Shown here in pieces: positions 21,601-34,650 of a stretch of DNA of 50,667 bases. Every line of letters starts with the position of its first letter. Within the stretch, counting starts at the first letter, position 1. Origin of the DNA: Scyliorhinus canicula (Eukaryota). Position numbers and translations under genes: made by a program. The DNA is taken from contig NC_052161.1 in the NCBI RefSeq assembly GCF_902713615.1, positions 87,398,236 through 87,448,902 of the forward strand. Direction: 5' to 3'. The notes beneath the pieces are model-generated. The model ran no database searches, had not been told where the DNA came from, and worked only from the letters and a program-made list of their open reading frames with translations.

Positions 21601-24600
21601 AAACATTCTCCATTGAAGACCATCCCTCTAATCCCCAAACACTGTCTCCATCGAAGACCATCCCTCTAATCCCCTAACTCGCCCATCGAAGACCATCCCT
21701 CTAATCCCCAAACATTCTCCATCGAAGACCATCCCTCTAATCCCCAAACATTCTCCATCGAAGACCATCCCTCTAATCCCCAATCATTCTCCATCGAAGA
21801 CCATCCCTCTAATCCCCAAAGTCTCTCCATCGAAGACCATCCCTCTAATCCACAAATTCACTCCATCGAAGACCATCCCTCTAATCCCCAAACTTTCTCC
21901 ATCGAAGACCATCCCTCTAATCCCCAAACACTGTCTCCATCGAAGACCATCCCTCTAATCCCCAAACATTCTCCATCGAAGACCATCCCTCTAATCCCCA
22001 AACACTGTCTCCATCGAAGACCATCCCTCTAATCCCCAAACTCTCTCCATCGAAGACCATCCCTCTAATCCCCAAACACTGTCTCCATCGAAGACCATCC
22101 CTCTAAACCCCAAACACTGTCTCCATCGAAGACCATCCCTCTAATCCCCAAACATTCTCCATCGAAGACCATCCCTCTAATCCCCAAACATTCTCCATCG
22201 AAGACCATCCCTCTAATCCCCAAACACCCTCCATCGAAGACCATCCCTCTAATCCCCAAACACTGTCTCCATCGAAGACCAACCCTCTAATCCCCAAACT
22301 CACTCCATCGAAGACCATCCCTCTAATCCCCAAACACTGTCTCCATCGAAGACCAACCCTCTCATCCCCAAACATTCTCCATCGAAGACCATCCCTCTCA
22401 TCCCCAAACATTCTCCATCGAAGACCAACCCTCTCATCCCCAAACATTCTCCATCGAAGACCATCCCTCTAATCCCCAAACACCATCCATTGAAGACCAT
22501 CCCTCTAATCCCCAAACTCCCTCCATTGAACACCGCCCCTCTAATCCCCAAACATTCTCCATCGAAGACCATCCCTCTAATCCCCTAACTCTCCCATCGA
22601 AGACCATCCCTCTAATCCCCAAACATTCTCCATCGAAGACCATCCCTCTAATCCCCAAACATTCTCCATCGAAGACCATCCCTCTAATACCCAAACACTG
22701 TCTCCATCGAAGACCATCCCTCTAATGCCCAAACATTCTCCATCGAAGACCATCCCTCTAATCCCCAAACACTGTCTCCATCGAAGACCATCCCTCTAAT
22801 CCCCAAACACCCTCCATCGAAGACCATCCCTCTAATCCCCAAACACTGTCTCCATCGAAGACCATCCCTCTAATCCCCAAACTCTCTACCTCGAAGACCA
22901 TCCCTCTAATCCCCAAACACTGTCTCCATCGAAGACCAACCCTCTAATCCCCAAACTCACTCCATCGAAGACCATCCCTCTAATCCCCAAACACTGTCTC
23001 CATCGAAGACCAACCCTCTCATCCCCAAACATTCTCCATCGAAGACCATCCCTCTCATCCCCAAACACTCTCCATCGAAGACCAACCCTCTCATCCCCAA
23101 ACATTCTCCATCGAAGACCATCCCTCTAATCCCCAAACACCATCCATCGAAGACCATCCCTCTAATCCCCAAACTCCCTCCATTGAACACCGCCCCTTTA
23201 ATCCCCAAACATTCTCCATCGAAGACCATCCCTCTAATCCCCTAACTCTCCCATCGAAGACCATCCCTCTAATCCCCAAACATTCTCCATCGAACACCAT
23301 CCCTCTAATCCCCAGACATCCTCCATCGAAGACCATCCCTCTAATCCCCAATCATTCTCCATCGAACACCATCCCTCTAATCCCCAAACACCCTCCATCG
23401 AAGACCATCCCTCTAATCCCCAAACATTCTCCATCGAAGACCATCCCTCTAATCCCCAAACATTCTCCATTGAAGATCATCCCTCTAATCCCCAAACACT
23501 GTCTCCATCGAAGACCATCCCTCTAATCCCCTAACTCTCCCATCGAAGACCATCCCTCTAATCCCCAAACATTCTCCATCGAAGACCATCCCTCTAATCC
23601 CCAAACATTCTCCATCGAAGACCATCCCTCTAATCCCCAATCATTCTCCATCGAAGACCATCCCTCTAATCCCCAAAGTCTCTCCATCGAAGACCATCCC
23701 TCTAATCCACAAACTCACTGCATCGAAGACCTTCCCTCTAATCCCCAAACTTTCTCCATCGAAGACCATCCCTCTAATCCCCAAACACTGTCTCCATCGA
23801 AGACCATCCCTCTAATCCCCAAACATTCTCCATCGAAGACCATCCCTCTAATCCCCAAACACTGTCTCCATCGAAGACCATCCCTCTAATCCCCAAACTC
23901 TCTCCATCGAAGACCATCCCTCTAATCCCCAAACACTGTCTCCATCGAAGACCATCCCTCTAATCCCCAAACACTGTCTCCATCGAAGACCATCCCTCTA
24001 ATCCCCAAACATTCTCCATCGAAGACCATCCCTCTAATCCCCAAACATTCTCCATCGAAGACCATCCCTCTAATCCCCAAACACCCTCCATCGAAGACCA
24101 TCCCTCTAATCCCCAAACACTGTCTCCATCAAAGACCAACCCTCTAATCCCCAAACTCACTCCATCGAAGACCATCCCTCTAATCCCCAAACACTGTCTC
24201 CATCGAAGACCAACCCTCTCATCCCCAAACATTCTCCATCGAAGACCATCCCTCTCATCCCCAAACATTCTCCATCGAAGACCAACCCTCTCATCCCCAA
24301 ACATTCTCCATCGAAGACCATCCCTCTAATCACCAAACACCATCCATCGAAGACCATCCCTCTAATCCCCAAACTCCCTCCATTGAACACCGCCCCTCTA
24401 ATCCCCAAACATTCTCCATCGAAGACCATCCCTCTAATCCCCTAACTCTCCCATCGAAGACCATCCCTCTAATCCCCAAACATTCTCCATCGAAGACCAT
24501 CCCTCTAATCCCCAAACATTCTCCATCGAAGACCATCCCTCTAATACACAAACACTGTCTCCATCGAAGACCATCCCTCTAATGCCCAAACATTCTCCAT

Positions 24601-27600
24601 CGAAGACCATCCCTCTAATCCCCAAACACTGTCTCCATCGAAGACCATCCCTCTAATCCCCAAACACCCTCCATCGAAGACCATCCCTCTAATCCCCAAA
24701 CACTGTCTCCATCAAAGACCAACCCTCTAATCCCCAAACTCACTCCATCGAAGACCATCCCTCTAATCCCCAAACACTGTCTCCATCGAAGACCAACCCT
24801 CTCATCCCCAAACATTCTCCATCGAAGACCATCCCTCTCATCCCCAAACATTCTCCATCGAAGACCAACCCTCTCATCCCCAAACATTCTCCATCGAAGA
24901 CCATCCCTCTAATCCCCAAACACCATCCATCGAAGACCATCCCTCTAATCCCCAAACTCCCTCCATTGAACACCGCCCCTCTAATCCCCAAACATTCTCC
25001 ATCGAAGACCATCCCTCTAATCCCCTAACTCTCCCATCGAAGACCATCCCTCTAATCCCCAAACATTCTCCATCGAACACCATCCCTCTAATCCCCAGAC
25101 ATCCTCCATCGAAGACCATCCCTCTAATCCCCAATCATTCTCCATCGAACACCATCCCTCTAATCCCCAAACACCCTCCATCGAAGACCATCCCTCTAAT
25201 CCCCAAACATTCTCCATCGAAGACCATCCCTCTAATCCCCAAACATTCTCCATTGAAGACCATCCCTCTAATCCCCAAACACTGTCTCCATCGAAGACCA
25301 TCCCTCTAATCCCCTAACTCTCCCATCGAAGACCATCCCTCTAATCCCCAAACATTCTCCATCGAAGACCATCCCTCTAATCCCCAAACATTCTCCATCG
25401 AAGACCATCCCTCTAATCCCCAATCATTCTCCATCGAAGACCATCCCTCTAATCCCCAAAGTCTCTCCATCGAAGACCATCCCTCTAATCCACAAACTCA
25501 CTCCATCGAAGACCATCCCTCTAATCCCCAAACTTTCTCCATCGAAGACCATCCCTCTAATCCCCAGACACTGTCTCCATCGAAGACCATCCCTCTAATC
25601 CCCAAACATTCTCCATCGAAGACCATCCCTCTAATCCCCAAACATTCTCCATCGAAGACCATCCCTCTAATCCCCAAACTCTCTCTCCATCGAAGACCAT
25701 CCCTCTAATCCCCAAACATTCTCCATCGAAGATCATCCCTCTAATCCCCAAACACTGTCTCCATCGAAGACCATCCCTCTAATCCCCAAACACTGTCTCC
25801 ATCGAAGACCATCACTCTAATCCCCAAACACTGTCTCCATCGAAGACCATCCCTCTAATCCTCAAAGTTACTCCATCGAAGACCATCCCTCTAATCCCCA
25901 GACACCCTCCATCGAAGACCATCCCTCTAATCCCCAAACACTGTCTCCATCGAAGACCATCCCTCTAATCCCCAAACATTCTCCATTGAAGACCATCCCT
26001 CTAATCCCCAAACACTGTCTCCATCGAAGACCATCCCTCTAAACCCCTAACTCTCCCATCGAGGACCATCCCTCTAATCCCCAAACATTCTCCATCGAAG
26101 ACCATCCCTCTAATCCCCAAACATTCTCCATCGAAGACCATCCCTCTAATCCCCAATCATTCTCCATCGAAGACCATCCCTCTAATCCCCAAAGTCTCTC
26201 CATCGAAGACCATCCCTCTAATCCACAAACTCACTCCATCGAAGACCATCCCTCTAATCCCCAAACTTTCTCCATCGAAGACCATCCCTCTAATCCCCAG
26301 ACACTGTCTCCATCGAAGACCATCCCTTTAATCCCCAAACATTCTCCATCGAAGACCATCCCTCTAATCCCCAAACATTCTCCATCGAAGACCATCCCTC
26401 TAATCCCCAAACTCTCTCTCCATCGAAGACCATCCCTCTAATCCCCAAACATTCTCCATCGAAGATCATCCCTCTAATCCCCAAACACTGTCTCCATCGA
26501 AGACCATCCCTCTAATCCCCAAACACTGTCTCCATCGAAGACCATCACTCTAATCCCCAAACACTGTCTCCATCGAAGACCATCCCTCTAATCCTCAAAG
26601 TTACTCCATCGAAAACCATTCCTTTAATCCCCAGACACCCTCCATCGAAGACCATCCCTCTAATCCCCAAATATTCTCTATCGAAGACCATCCCTCTAAT
26701 CCCCAAACTCTCTCCATCGAAGACCATCCCTCTAATCCCCTAACTCTCCCATCGAAGACCATCCCTCTAATCCCCAAACATTCTCCATCGAAGACCATCC
26801 CTCTAATCCCCTAACTCTCCCATCGAAGACCATCCCTCTAATCCCCAAACATTCTCCATCGAAGACCATCCCTCTAATCCCCAAACATTCTCCATCGAAG
26901 ACCATCCCTCTAATCCCCAAACACTGTCTCCATCGAAGACCATCCCTCTAATCCCCAAACACTGTCTCCATCGAAGACCATCCCTCTAATCCCCAAACTC
27001 TGTCTCCATCGAAGACCATCCCTCTAATCTCCAAACTCACTCCATCGAAGACCATCCCTCTAATCCCCAGACACCCTCCATCGAAGACCATCCCTCTAAT
27101 CCCCAAACACTGTCTCCATCGATGACCATCCCTCTAATCCCCAAACACTGTCTCCATCGAAGACCATCCCTCTAATCCCCAAACACTGTCTCCATCGAAG
27201 ACCATCCCTCTAATCCCCAAACTCTCTCCATCGAAGACCATCCCTCTAATCCCAAACTCACTCCATCGAAGACCATCCCTCTAATCCCCAAACACTGTCT
27301 CCATCGAAGGCCATCCCTCTAATCCCCAAACATTCTCCATCGAAGACCATCCCTCTAATCCCCAAACTCTCTCCATCGAAGGCCATCCCTCTAATCCCCA
27401 AACATTGTCTCCATCGAAGGCCATCCCTCTAATCCCCAAACATTCTCCATCGAAGACCATCCCTCTAATCCCCAAACACTGTCTCCATCGAAGGCCATCC
27501 CTCTAATACCCAAACTCACTCCATCGAAGACCATCCCTCTAATCCCCAAACACTGTCTCCATCGAAGGCCATCCCTCTAATCCCCAAACACTGTCTCCAT

Positions 27601-28130
27601 CGAAGACCATCCCTCTAATCCCCAAACACTGTCTCCATCGAAGACCGTCCCTCTAATCCCCAAACACTGTCTCCATCGAAGACCATCCCTCTAATCCCCA
27701 AACTCTCTCCATCGAAGACCATCCCTCTAATCACCAAACACTGTCTCCATCGAAGGCCATCCCTCTAATCACCAAACACTGTCTCCATCGAAGACCGTCC
27801 CTCTAATCCCCAAACATTCTCCATCGAAGACCATCCCTCTAATCCCCAAACACTGTCTCCATCGAAGACCATCCCTCTAATCCCAAAACACTGTCTCCAT
27901 CGAAGGCCATCCCTCTAATACCCAAACTCACTCCATCGAAGACCATCCCTCTAATCCCCAAACATTCTCCATCGAAGACCATCCCTCTAATCCCCAGACA
28001 CCCTCCATCGAAGACCATCCCTCTAATCCCCAAACACTGTCTCCTTCGAAGGCTATCCCTCTAATACCCAAACTCACTCCATCGAAGACCATCCCACCAA
28101 TTCCCAAACTCTCTCCATCGAAGACCATCC
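18595..28130. repeat. Large minisatellite array, 35-38-bp units (core 36 bp), ~260 copies
   Basis: Unit CCATCGAAGACCATCCCTCTAATCCCCAAACATTCT with variants (CACTGTCT, CTAACTCTC); degenerate continuations at about 30897-30930, 31345-31444, 32552-33241 and 33563-33595. Confidence 0.97.
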
Positions 28131-29501
28131 AGGAAACCATCAAACCGCCCCAGCAGCCCTGGACCCACCCACACCCACCGTCACAGCTTCCAGGTCAGAT
28201 TGGCCTTCTTGAAAGTGAACTCCCGGAAGGCTACCCCGGATGGGGCCCCTGGTCTTGCACTCAGATCCTGCGCTGACCAGCTGGTAGATATGTTCACGGA
28301 CATCTTCAACCTCTCCCTACTCCATTCTGAGGTTCCCACCTGCTTCAAGAAGACCACCATCATACTGGTGCCAAAGAAGAACCAGGCAACGTGCCTCAAT
28401 GATTATCAGCTGGTGTCCTTGACTTTGATCGTAATGAAATATTTCGAGAGGTTGGTCATCAGGCACATCAACTCCATACTCCCAGAATGCCTAGGTCCAC
28501 TGCAATTCGCATACCGCCGCAACCAGTCCACAGCAGATGCCATCTCCCTGACCCTATACTCATCCCTGGAGAATCTCGACAACAAGGACTCCTACATCAG
28601 ACTCCTATTTATTGACTACAGCTCCGCCTTCAACAGCATAATCCCAGCCAAGCTCATATCAAAGCTCCAAAACCTAGGACTTGGCTCCTCACTCTGCAAT
28701 TGGATCCTTAACGTTCTAACCCAGACCACAATCAGTAAGAATGAACAACATCACCTCCTCCACAATAGTCCTCAATACCGGGGCCCCGCAAGGCTGCCTA
28801 CTTAGCCCCCTACTCTACTCCCTGTACACACACGACTGCGTGGCAAAAGTTAGCTGACGACACAACAGTAGTGGGTCGGATCTCGAATAACGACGAGTCA
28901 GAATGGAGGAGAGAGATAGAGAACCTAGTGGACTGGTGCAACGACAACAATCTATCCCAATGTCAGCAAAACTAAAGAGCTGGTCACTGACTTCAGGAAG
29001 CAAAGTACTGTACACACCCCTGTCAGCATCAATGGGGCCGAGGTGGAGGTGGTTAGCAGTTTCAAATTCCTAGGTATGCACATCACCAAACATCTGTCCT
29101 GGTCCACCCACGTCGACGTTATCACCAAGAAAGCACAACAGCGCCTATACTTCCTCAGGAATCTAAGGAAATTCAATATGTCCGCACTGACTTTTCACAA
29201 ATTTTACAGATGCACCAACGAAAGCATCCTATTTGGCTGCATCACAGCCTGGTATGGCAACTGCTCAGCCCAGGACTGCAAGAAACTTCAGAGAGTCGTG
29301 AACACAGCCCAGTCCATCACACAAACCCGCTTCCTATCCATTGACTCCATCTACACCTCCCACAGCCTTGGGAAAGCGGGCAGCATAATCCAAGACCCCT
29401 CCCACCCAGCTTACTCACTCTTCCAACTTCTTCCATTGTGCAGGAGATACAAAGGTCTGAGATCACGCACGAACAGACTCAAACAGAACTTCTTCCCTGC
29501 T

Positions 29502-29702
29502 GTTTTTTTAAATAAATTTAGAGTACCCATTTAATTTACTCCAATTAAGGGGCAATTTAGCGTGGCCAATCCACCTACCCTGCACATCTTTTTTTGGGTT
29601 GTGGGGGTGAAACCCACGCAAACACGGGGAGAATGTGCAAACTGCATACGCACAGTGACCCAGAGCCGGGATCGAACCTGGGACCTCGGCGCCGTGAAGC
29701 AG
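29502..29702 (-). mobile_element. Truncated V-SINE/HE1-like SINE inside Rex1
   Basis: Minus strand has the V-domain (GCGTGGGTTTC..GGTGGATTGGCCACGCTAAATTGCCCC) and an A-rich tail; flanked by the direct repeat TTCTTCCCTGC. Confidence 0.8.
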
Positions 29703-29743
29703 TTCTTCCCTGCGGTTAACAGACTCCTAAGCAACCCTCTTAT

Positions 29744-30306
29744 GGGCCGGGATTCCCGCCACGCCGGTCGGGGGCCATTGATAGCGGGCTTCCCCGACGA
29801 TTCTCCGGGCCCCGATGGGCCGAGTAGCCGTAAAGTTTTGGCCAGTCACGCCTCCGTGAATTGCTCACCTCATGCACGGCGGGACCTGGCGGGTAAGTGT
29901 GCGGGGGTGGTCCTAGGGGGGTAGGCGGGGGGATCCGACCCCGGGTGGGGGGGGCCACGGTGGCCTGGCCCACAATCGGAGCCTACCGATCCTGCGGGCA
30001 GGCTGGTTCTGTGGGGGCCTTCTTTCCTCCGCGCCGGACCCCTGTAGGGCTCCACCATATTGCCCGGGGCCCGGCGCCCATGAGCGGAAATACGCCAGCC
30101 GTTCTGCGCATACACGGAAATACACCGGCTGTTCCGTATTGTGCCACTTCAAGGCCAGCTGGAGCGGCGCCAACCATTCCGGCGTCAACCTAGCCCCCGA
30201 GAAATTGGAGAATTCCTCACATTCGGGGGCTGTTGACACCGGAGTGGTTGGCGCCGGTGTTCCCGCCAGCATGGGGACATAGCCCCATTTTCAGAGAATC
30301 CCGCCC
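29744..30306. mobile_element. GC-rich MITE-like element (563 bp) with TIRs and AT flanks
   Basis: AT|GGGCCGGGATTC ... GAGAATCCCGCCC|AT; removing it restores the Rex1 sequence CTTATGGGCTGATGG. Confidence 0.75.
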
Positions 30307-30516
30307 ATGGGCTGATGGACATATAGACTGATCTGATCTCTTCACACATCTTCTCTACTGAGTAGTACTACACTGTATGCTTCACCCGATGCCTGTGTCT
30401 ATGTATTTACATTGTGTAATTTATGTTTGCCCTATTAACAACCCTCTTTTGGGCCGGGATTCTCCGACCCTGCGCAGGGGGAGGGGTGAATCCCGCCCCG
30501 CTGCCCCTCGGCCCCA

Positions 30517-30800
30517 GACGGCTTGACAGCGCCAGGGTCCCAGGTTCGATTCCTGCTTGGGTCACTGTCTGTGGGGAGTCTGCACGTTCTCCCTGTGTCT
30601 GTGTGGGTTTCCTCTGGGTGCTCCGGTGCCCTCCCACAATCCCGAAAGACGTGCTTGTTATGTGAATTGGACATTCTGAATTCTCCCTCAGTGTACCCGA
30701 ACAGGCACCGCAATGTGGCGACTAGGGTTTTTCACAGTAACTTCATTTGCAGTGTTAATATAAGCCTACTTGTGACAATAAAGGTTATTCTTATTATGTA
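30517..30800 (+). mobile_element. V-SINE variant with alternative LINE-derived tail
   Basis: B-box GGTTCGATTCC, V-domain GTGTGGGTTTCCTCTGGGTGCTCCGG, tail AATGTGGCGACTAGGG..CACAGTAACTTCATT..GCCTACTTGTGACAATAAAG. Confidence 0.75.
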
Positions 30801-30930
30801 TTTTTATTTTCATGGATGGAATGATCTTTATGAGCTGCACGCAGAACAATACTTTTCACTGTACCTCGGCACACGTGACAATAAACCAGTCCAATCCCTC
30901 TAATCCCCTAACTTTCCCATCGAAGACCGT

Positions 30931-31341
30931 GGGCGGGATTCTCCGACCCCCCGCCGGGTCGGAGAATCGCCCGGGGCCAGTGTCAATCCCGCCCTCGCCG
31001 TGTCCCCCCGCGGTGATTCTCCGGCAAGCGATGAGCCGAAGTCCCGCCGCTGACATGCCTCTCCCGCCGCCGGCCTCTCTTCATCATGGCGGAGGCGGAA
31101 GAGACCCCCTCATCTGCGCATGCGCTGGGGTGACGTCAGCAGCCGCTGACGCTCCGCTGCATGCGCGGACTTTTGCTGGCCAGTGAAGTCTTTTCGGCCC
31201 CGGCTGGCTTGGCTCGGGCCTAGCCCCTCAATGTGAGGGCTTGGCCCCTAAAGGTGCGGAGACCTCCACACCTTTGGGGCGGCCCGATGCCGGAGTGGTT
31301 CACGCCACTCCAACATGCCGGGTAGGGGAGAATCCCGGCCC
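30931..31341. mobile_element. GC-rich MITE-like element (411 bp)
   Basis: GT|GGGCGGGATTCTCC ... GGAGAATCCCGGCCC|AT, inserted at the AT position of the minisatellite unit GAAGACC-AT. Confidence 0.75.
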
Positions 31342-31444
31342 ATATCTTTAATCCCCTAACTCTCCCACCTAAGAACATCCCTCTAATCCCCCTAACCTAC
31401 CATCGAAGACCATCCCTCTAATCCCCTAATTCTCCATTGAAGAC

Positions 31445-32551
31445 ACATAGATACATAGAAAATAGGAACAGGAGGAGGTCTTTTGGCCTTTCGAGCCTTC
31501 TCCGCCATTCATCACGATCATGGCTGATCATCCAACTCAGTAGCCTAATCCTGCTTTCTCCCCATAGCCTTTGATCCCATCCTCCCCAAGTGCTATATCC
31601 AGCCGCCTCTTGAATATATTCAACGTTTTAGCATCAACTACTTCCTGTGGTAATGAATTCCACAGGCTCACCACTCTGTGTGAAGAAATGTCTCCTTATC
31701 TCTATCCGAAATGGTTTACCCTGAATCCTCAGACTGTGACCCCTGGTTCTGGACACACCCATCATTGGTAACATCTTCCCTGCATCTACCCTGTCTAGTC
31801 CTGTTAGAATTTTATAAGTCTCTATGAGGTCCCCCCTCATTCTTCTGAACTCCAGCGAGAACAATCCCAACCTAGACAATCTCTCCTCACATAACAGTCC
31901 CACCATCCCTGGAATCAGTCTGGTAAACCTTCGCTGCACTCCCTCTAGAGCAAGAACATCCTTCCTCAGAGAAGGAGACCAAAACTACACACAATACTCC
32001 AGGTGTGGCCTCAGCAAGGCCCTGTACAATTGCAGCAACACATCCCTGCTTCTGTACTCAAAACCGCTCGCAATGAAGGCCAACATACCATTAGCCTTCT
32101 TTACCGCCTGCTGCACCTGCATGCTTACCTTCAGCGAATGGTGCACAAGGACACTCAGGTCCCGCTACACAGTCCCATCTCCCAATTTACAACCATTCAG
32201 GTAGTAATCTGCCTTCCTGTTTTTGCTTCCAAAGTGAATAACCTCACACTTATCCAAATTATACTGCATCTGCCATTAGTTTGCCCACTCGCCCAACCTG
32301 TCCAGATCATGCTGTTGGCTCCCTGCATCCTCGTCACAATTCATCCTCCCACCTAACTTGGTTACATCTGCAAACTTTGAGATGTTACATTTAGTTCCCT
32401 CATCCAAATCATTAATATATATTGTGAATAGCTGGGGTCCCAGCACCGATCCCTGTGGTACCCCACTAGTTACTGCCTGCCAATTTGAAAAGAACCCATT
32501 AATCCTTGCTCTGTTTCTTCTCTGCCAACCAGTTTTCTATCCACCTCAATA
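31445..32551 (-). mobile_element. CR1 LINE 3' fragment
   Basis: Minus-strand RT C-terminus QRRFTRLIPG..EERLSRLGLFSLE.RR.RGDLIETYKI..RTRGHSL plus a (CTATG)-like tail. Confidence 0.9.
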
Positions 32552-33241
32552 CATCCCTCTAATCCTCTAACTCTCCATTGAAGATCATCCCTCTAATCCC
32601 CCAACTCTCCCATTGAAGACCATCCCTCTGATCCGCTAACCCTCCCATCGAAGACCATCCCTCTGATCCCCTAACCCTCCCATCGAAGACCATCCCTCGA
32701 ATCCCCTAAATCTCCCATTGAAGATCATCCCTCTGATCCCCTAACTCTTCCATTGAAGACCATCCCTCTAATCCCCTTAACCTACCACCGAAGACCATTC
32801 CCTCCAATCCCCTAACCCTCCCATCGAAGACCATTCCCTCCCATCCCCTAACATTCCCATCGAAGACCATCCCTCGAATCCCCTAACTCTCCCATCGAAG
32901 ATCATCCCTCTGATCCCCTAACTCTTCCATTGAAGATCATCCCTCTGATCCCCTAACTCTCCCATCGAAGACCATCCCTCTAATCCCCTTAACCTACCAT
33001 CGAAGACCATCCCTCCAATCCCCTAACTCTTCCATTGAAGATCATCCCTCTGATCCCCTAACTGACCCATCGAAGACCATCCCTCCAATCCCCTAACACT
33101 CCCATCGAAGACCATCCCTCCCATCCCCTAACTCTCCCATCGAAGACCATCCCTCTGATCCCCTAACTCTCCCATCGAAGACCATCCCTCCAATCCCCTA
33201 ACACTCCCATCGAAGACCATCCCTCTAATCCCCTTAACCTA

Positions 33242-33562
33242 CCATAAGACCATAAGACATAGGAGCGGAAGTAAGGCCATTCGGCCCATCGAGTCCACTC
33301 CACCATTCAATCATGGTTGATTTCAACTCCATTTACCGCTCTCTCCCCATAGTCCTTAATTCCTCGAGAAATCAAGAATTTATCAATTTCTGTCTTAAAG
33401 ACAATCAACGTCCCGGCCTCCACCGCCCTCTGTGGCAATGAATTCCACAGACCTACCACTCTCTGGCTGAAGAAATTTCTCCTCATCTCTGTTCTAAAGT
33501 GACTCCCTTTTATTCTAAGGCTGTGCCCCCGCGTCCTAGTCTCCCGTGCTAATGGAAACAAC
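33242..33562 (-). mobile_element. Short CR1 LINE 3' end
   Basis: RTRGHSLRIKG..FFSQRVVGLWNSLP..FKTEIDKFL; tail (TCTTATG)n. Confidence 0.88.
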
Positions 33563-33994
33563 TCCATCGAAGACCATCCCACTAATCCCCGAACGTGAAT
33601 TTGGGAGTGTCTCTCTCTGAGGTCACAGGGCAGGGTACTGGGTGGTCTACAGAACAGGAGGAGGAGGGTGGATCTTGTAGAGAGAGCAGGGGTCTAGAGA
33701 GAGGAGGACGGATTTGAGGGGAGGGGGTGGACTTTGGAGAGATGGGGTGGGGGTTTGACGGAGTGGGGGAAGTTTATTCAACTGGGGAGGCGAGAAAGGG
33801 GGAGTTCAATGGGAGGGGGTATTGGGGATTTGATGAAGTGGAGAGGTGCCGTTTGGAGATTAACGGAAGGGTTCTGAGAAAGGGGAAAGCATTCAGGAAG
33901 AGTGGGGGCAAGGAGGCTTTGGTATTGGGGGAGGAGAGTTTTCGATGGAGATTGAGCCTGGGCCAGTTCCCAGTTCAGCTACTCTTGTCTGCCC

Positions 33995-34650
33995 AATCAG
34001 CATCCTGGGGGTTACCATTGACTCGAAACTGAACTGGGACCAGCCATATTAAAAGTGTGGCTACCAGAGCAGGTCAGAGGCTGGGAATCCTGCGGAGAGT
34101 AACTCACTTCCTGACTCCCTCCAAAACCATTTACAAGGCACAAGTCAGGAGTGTAATGGAATACTCTCCATTAGCTTGGATGAGTGTAGCTCAACACCCT
34201 TCAGGACAAAGCAATCTGCTTGATTGCTCCCTCTTCCACAAACATTGAAACCTTCCACCACCGGCGAACACTGGCAGCCGTGTGTACCATCTCCAAGATG
34301 CACTGCAGTAACTCACCAAGGTTCCTTAGGCAGCACCTTTCAAACTCACGGCCAAGACCATCTAGAAGGACAAGAGCAGCAGATACCTGGGAACCCCACC
34401 ACCTGGAGGTTCCCCTCCAAATCACTCACCACCCTGACTTGGAAATATATCGCCGCTCCTTCACTGTCGCTGGGACAAAATCCTGGAACTCCCTCCCTAA
34501 CAGCACTGTAGGTGTACCTACATCACCGGGGCTGCAGAGGATTCAAGAAGGCAGCTCACCACCACCTCTGAAGGGCAACTAGGAATGGGCAATAAAAGCT
34601 GGCCTAACCAGTGACACTCACATCCCATACAAATTGAGTTGAAAAAAAAG
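33995..34650 (+). mobile_element. CR1/L2-clade LINE 3' fragment
   Basis: ILGVTI..KLNW..RAGQRLGILRRV..IYKAQVRSVMEYSPLAW; 3' end GGGCAATAAAAGCTGGCC..CACATCCC followed by an A-run. Confidence 0.8.

Larger units (their letters stand above)
28131..30897 (+). mobile_element. 5'-truncated Rex1/Babar-type LINE with nested insertions
   Basis: RT motifs [50 protein letters not shown] and KKAQQRLYFLR with frameshifts; 3' end ACAATACTTTTCACTGTA..GTGACAATAAAC at about 30845-30897. Confidence 0.88.

Noticed and set aside
18595-28130. Telomeric or interstitial telomere repeat (minus strand GGGGATTAGAGGG)
   Set aside because: There is no tandem TTAGGG; the resemblance is limited to a few bases of a 36-bp unit.
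265-28143. Dozens of long periodic ORFs in the track (e.g. HCQRVSTEG, MDPNPFPFTPTVHNPN, GIRGMVFDGECL repeats)
   Set aside because: They are translations of minisatellite units on either strand within introns or the downstream array, with no splice or domain support.
28200-29534. Functional reverse transcriptase ORFs (201 aa and 163 aa)
   Set aside because: They are pieces of one 5'-truncated Rex1-type RT broken by frameshifts and deletions.
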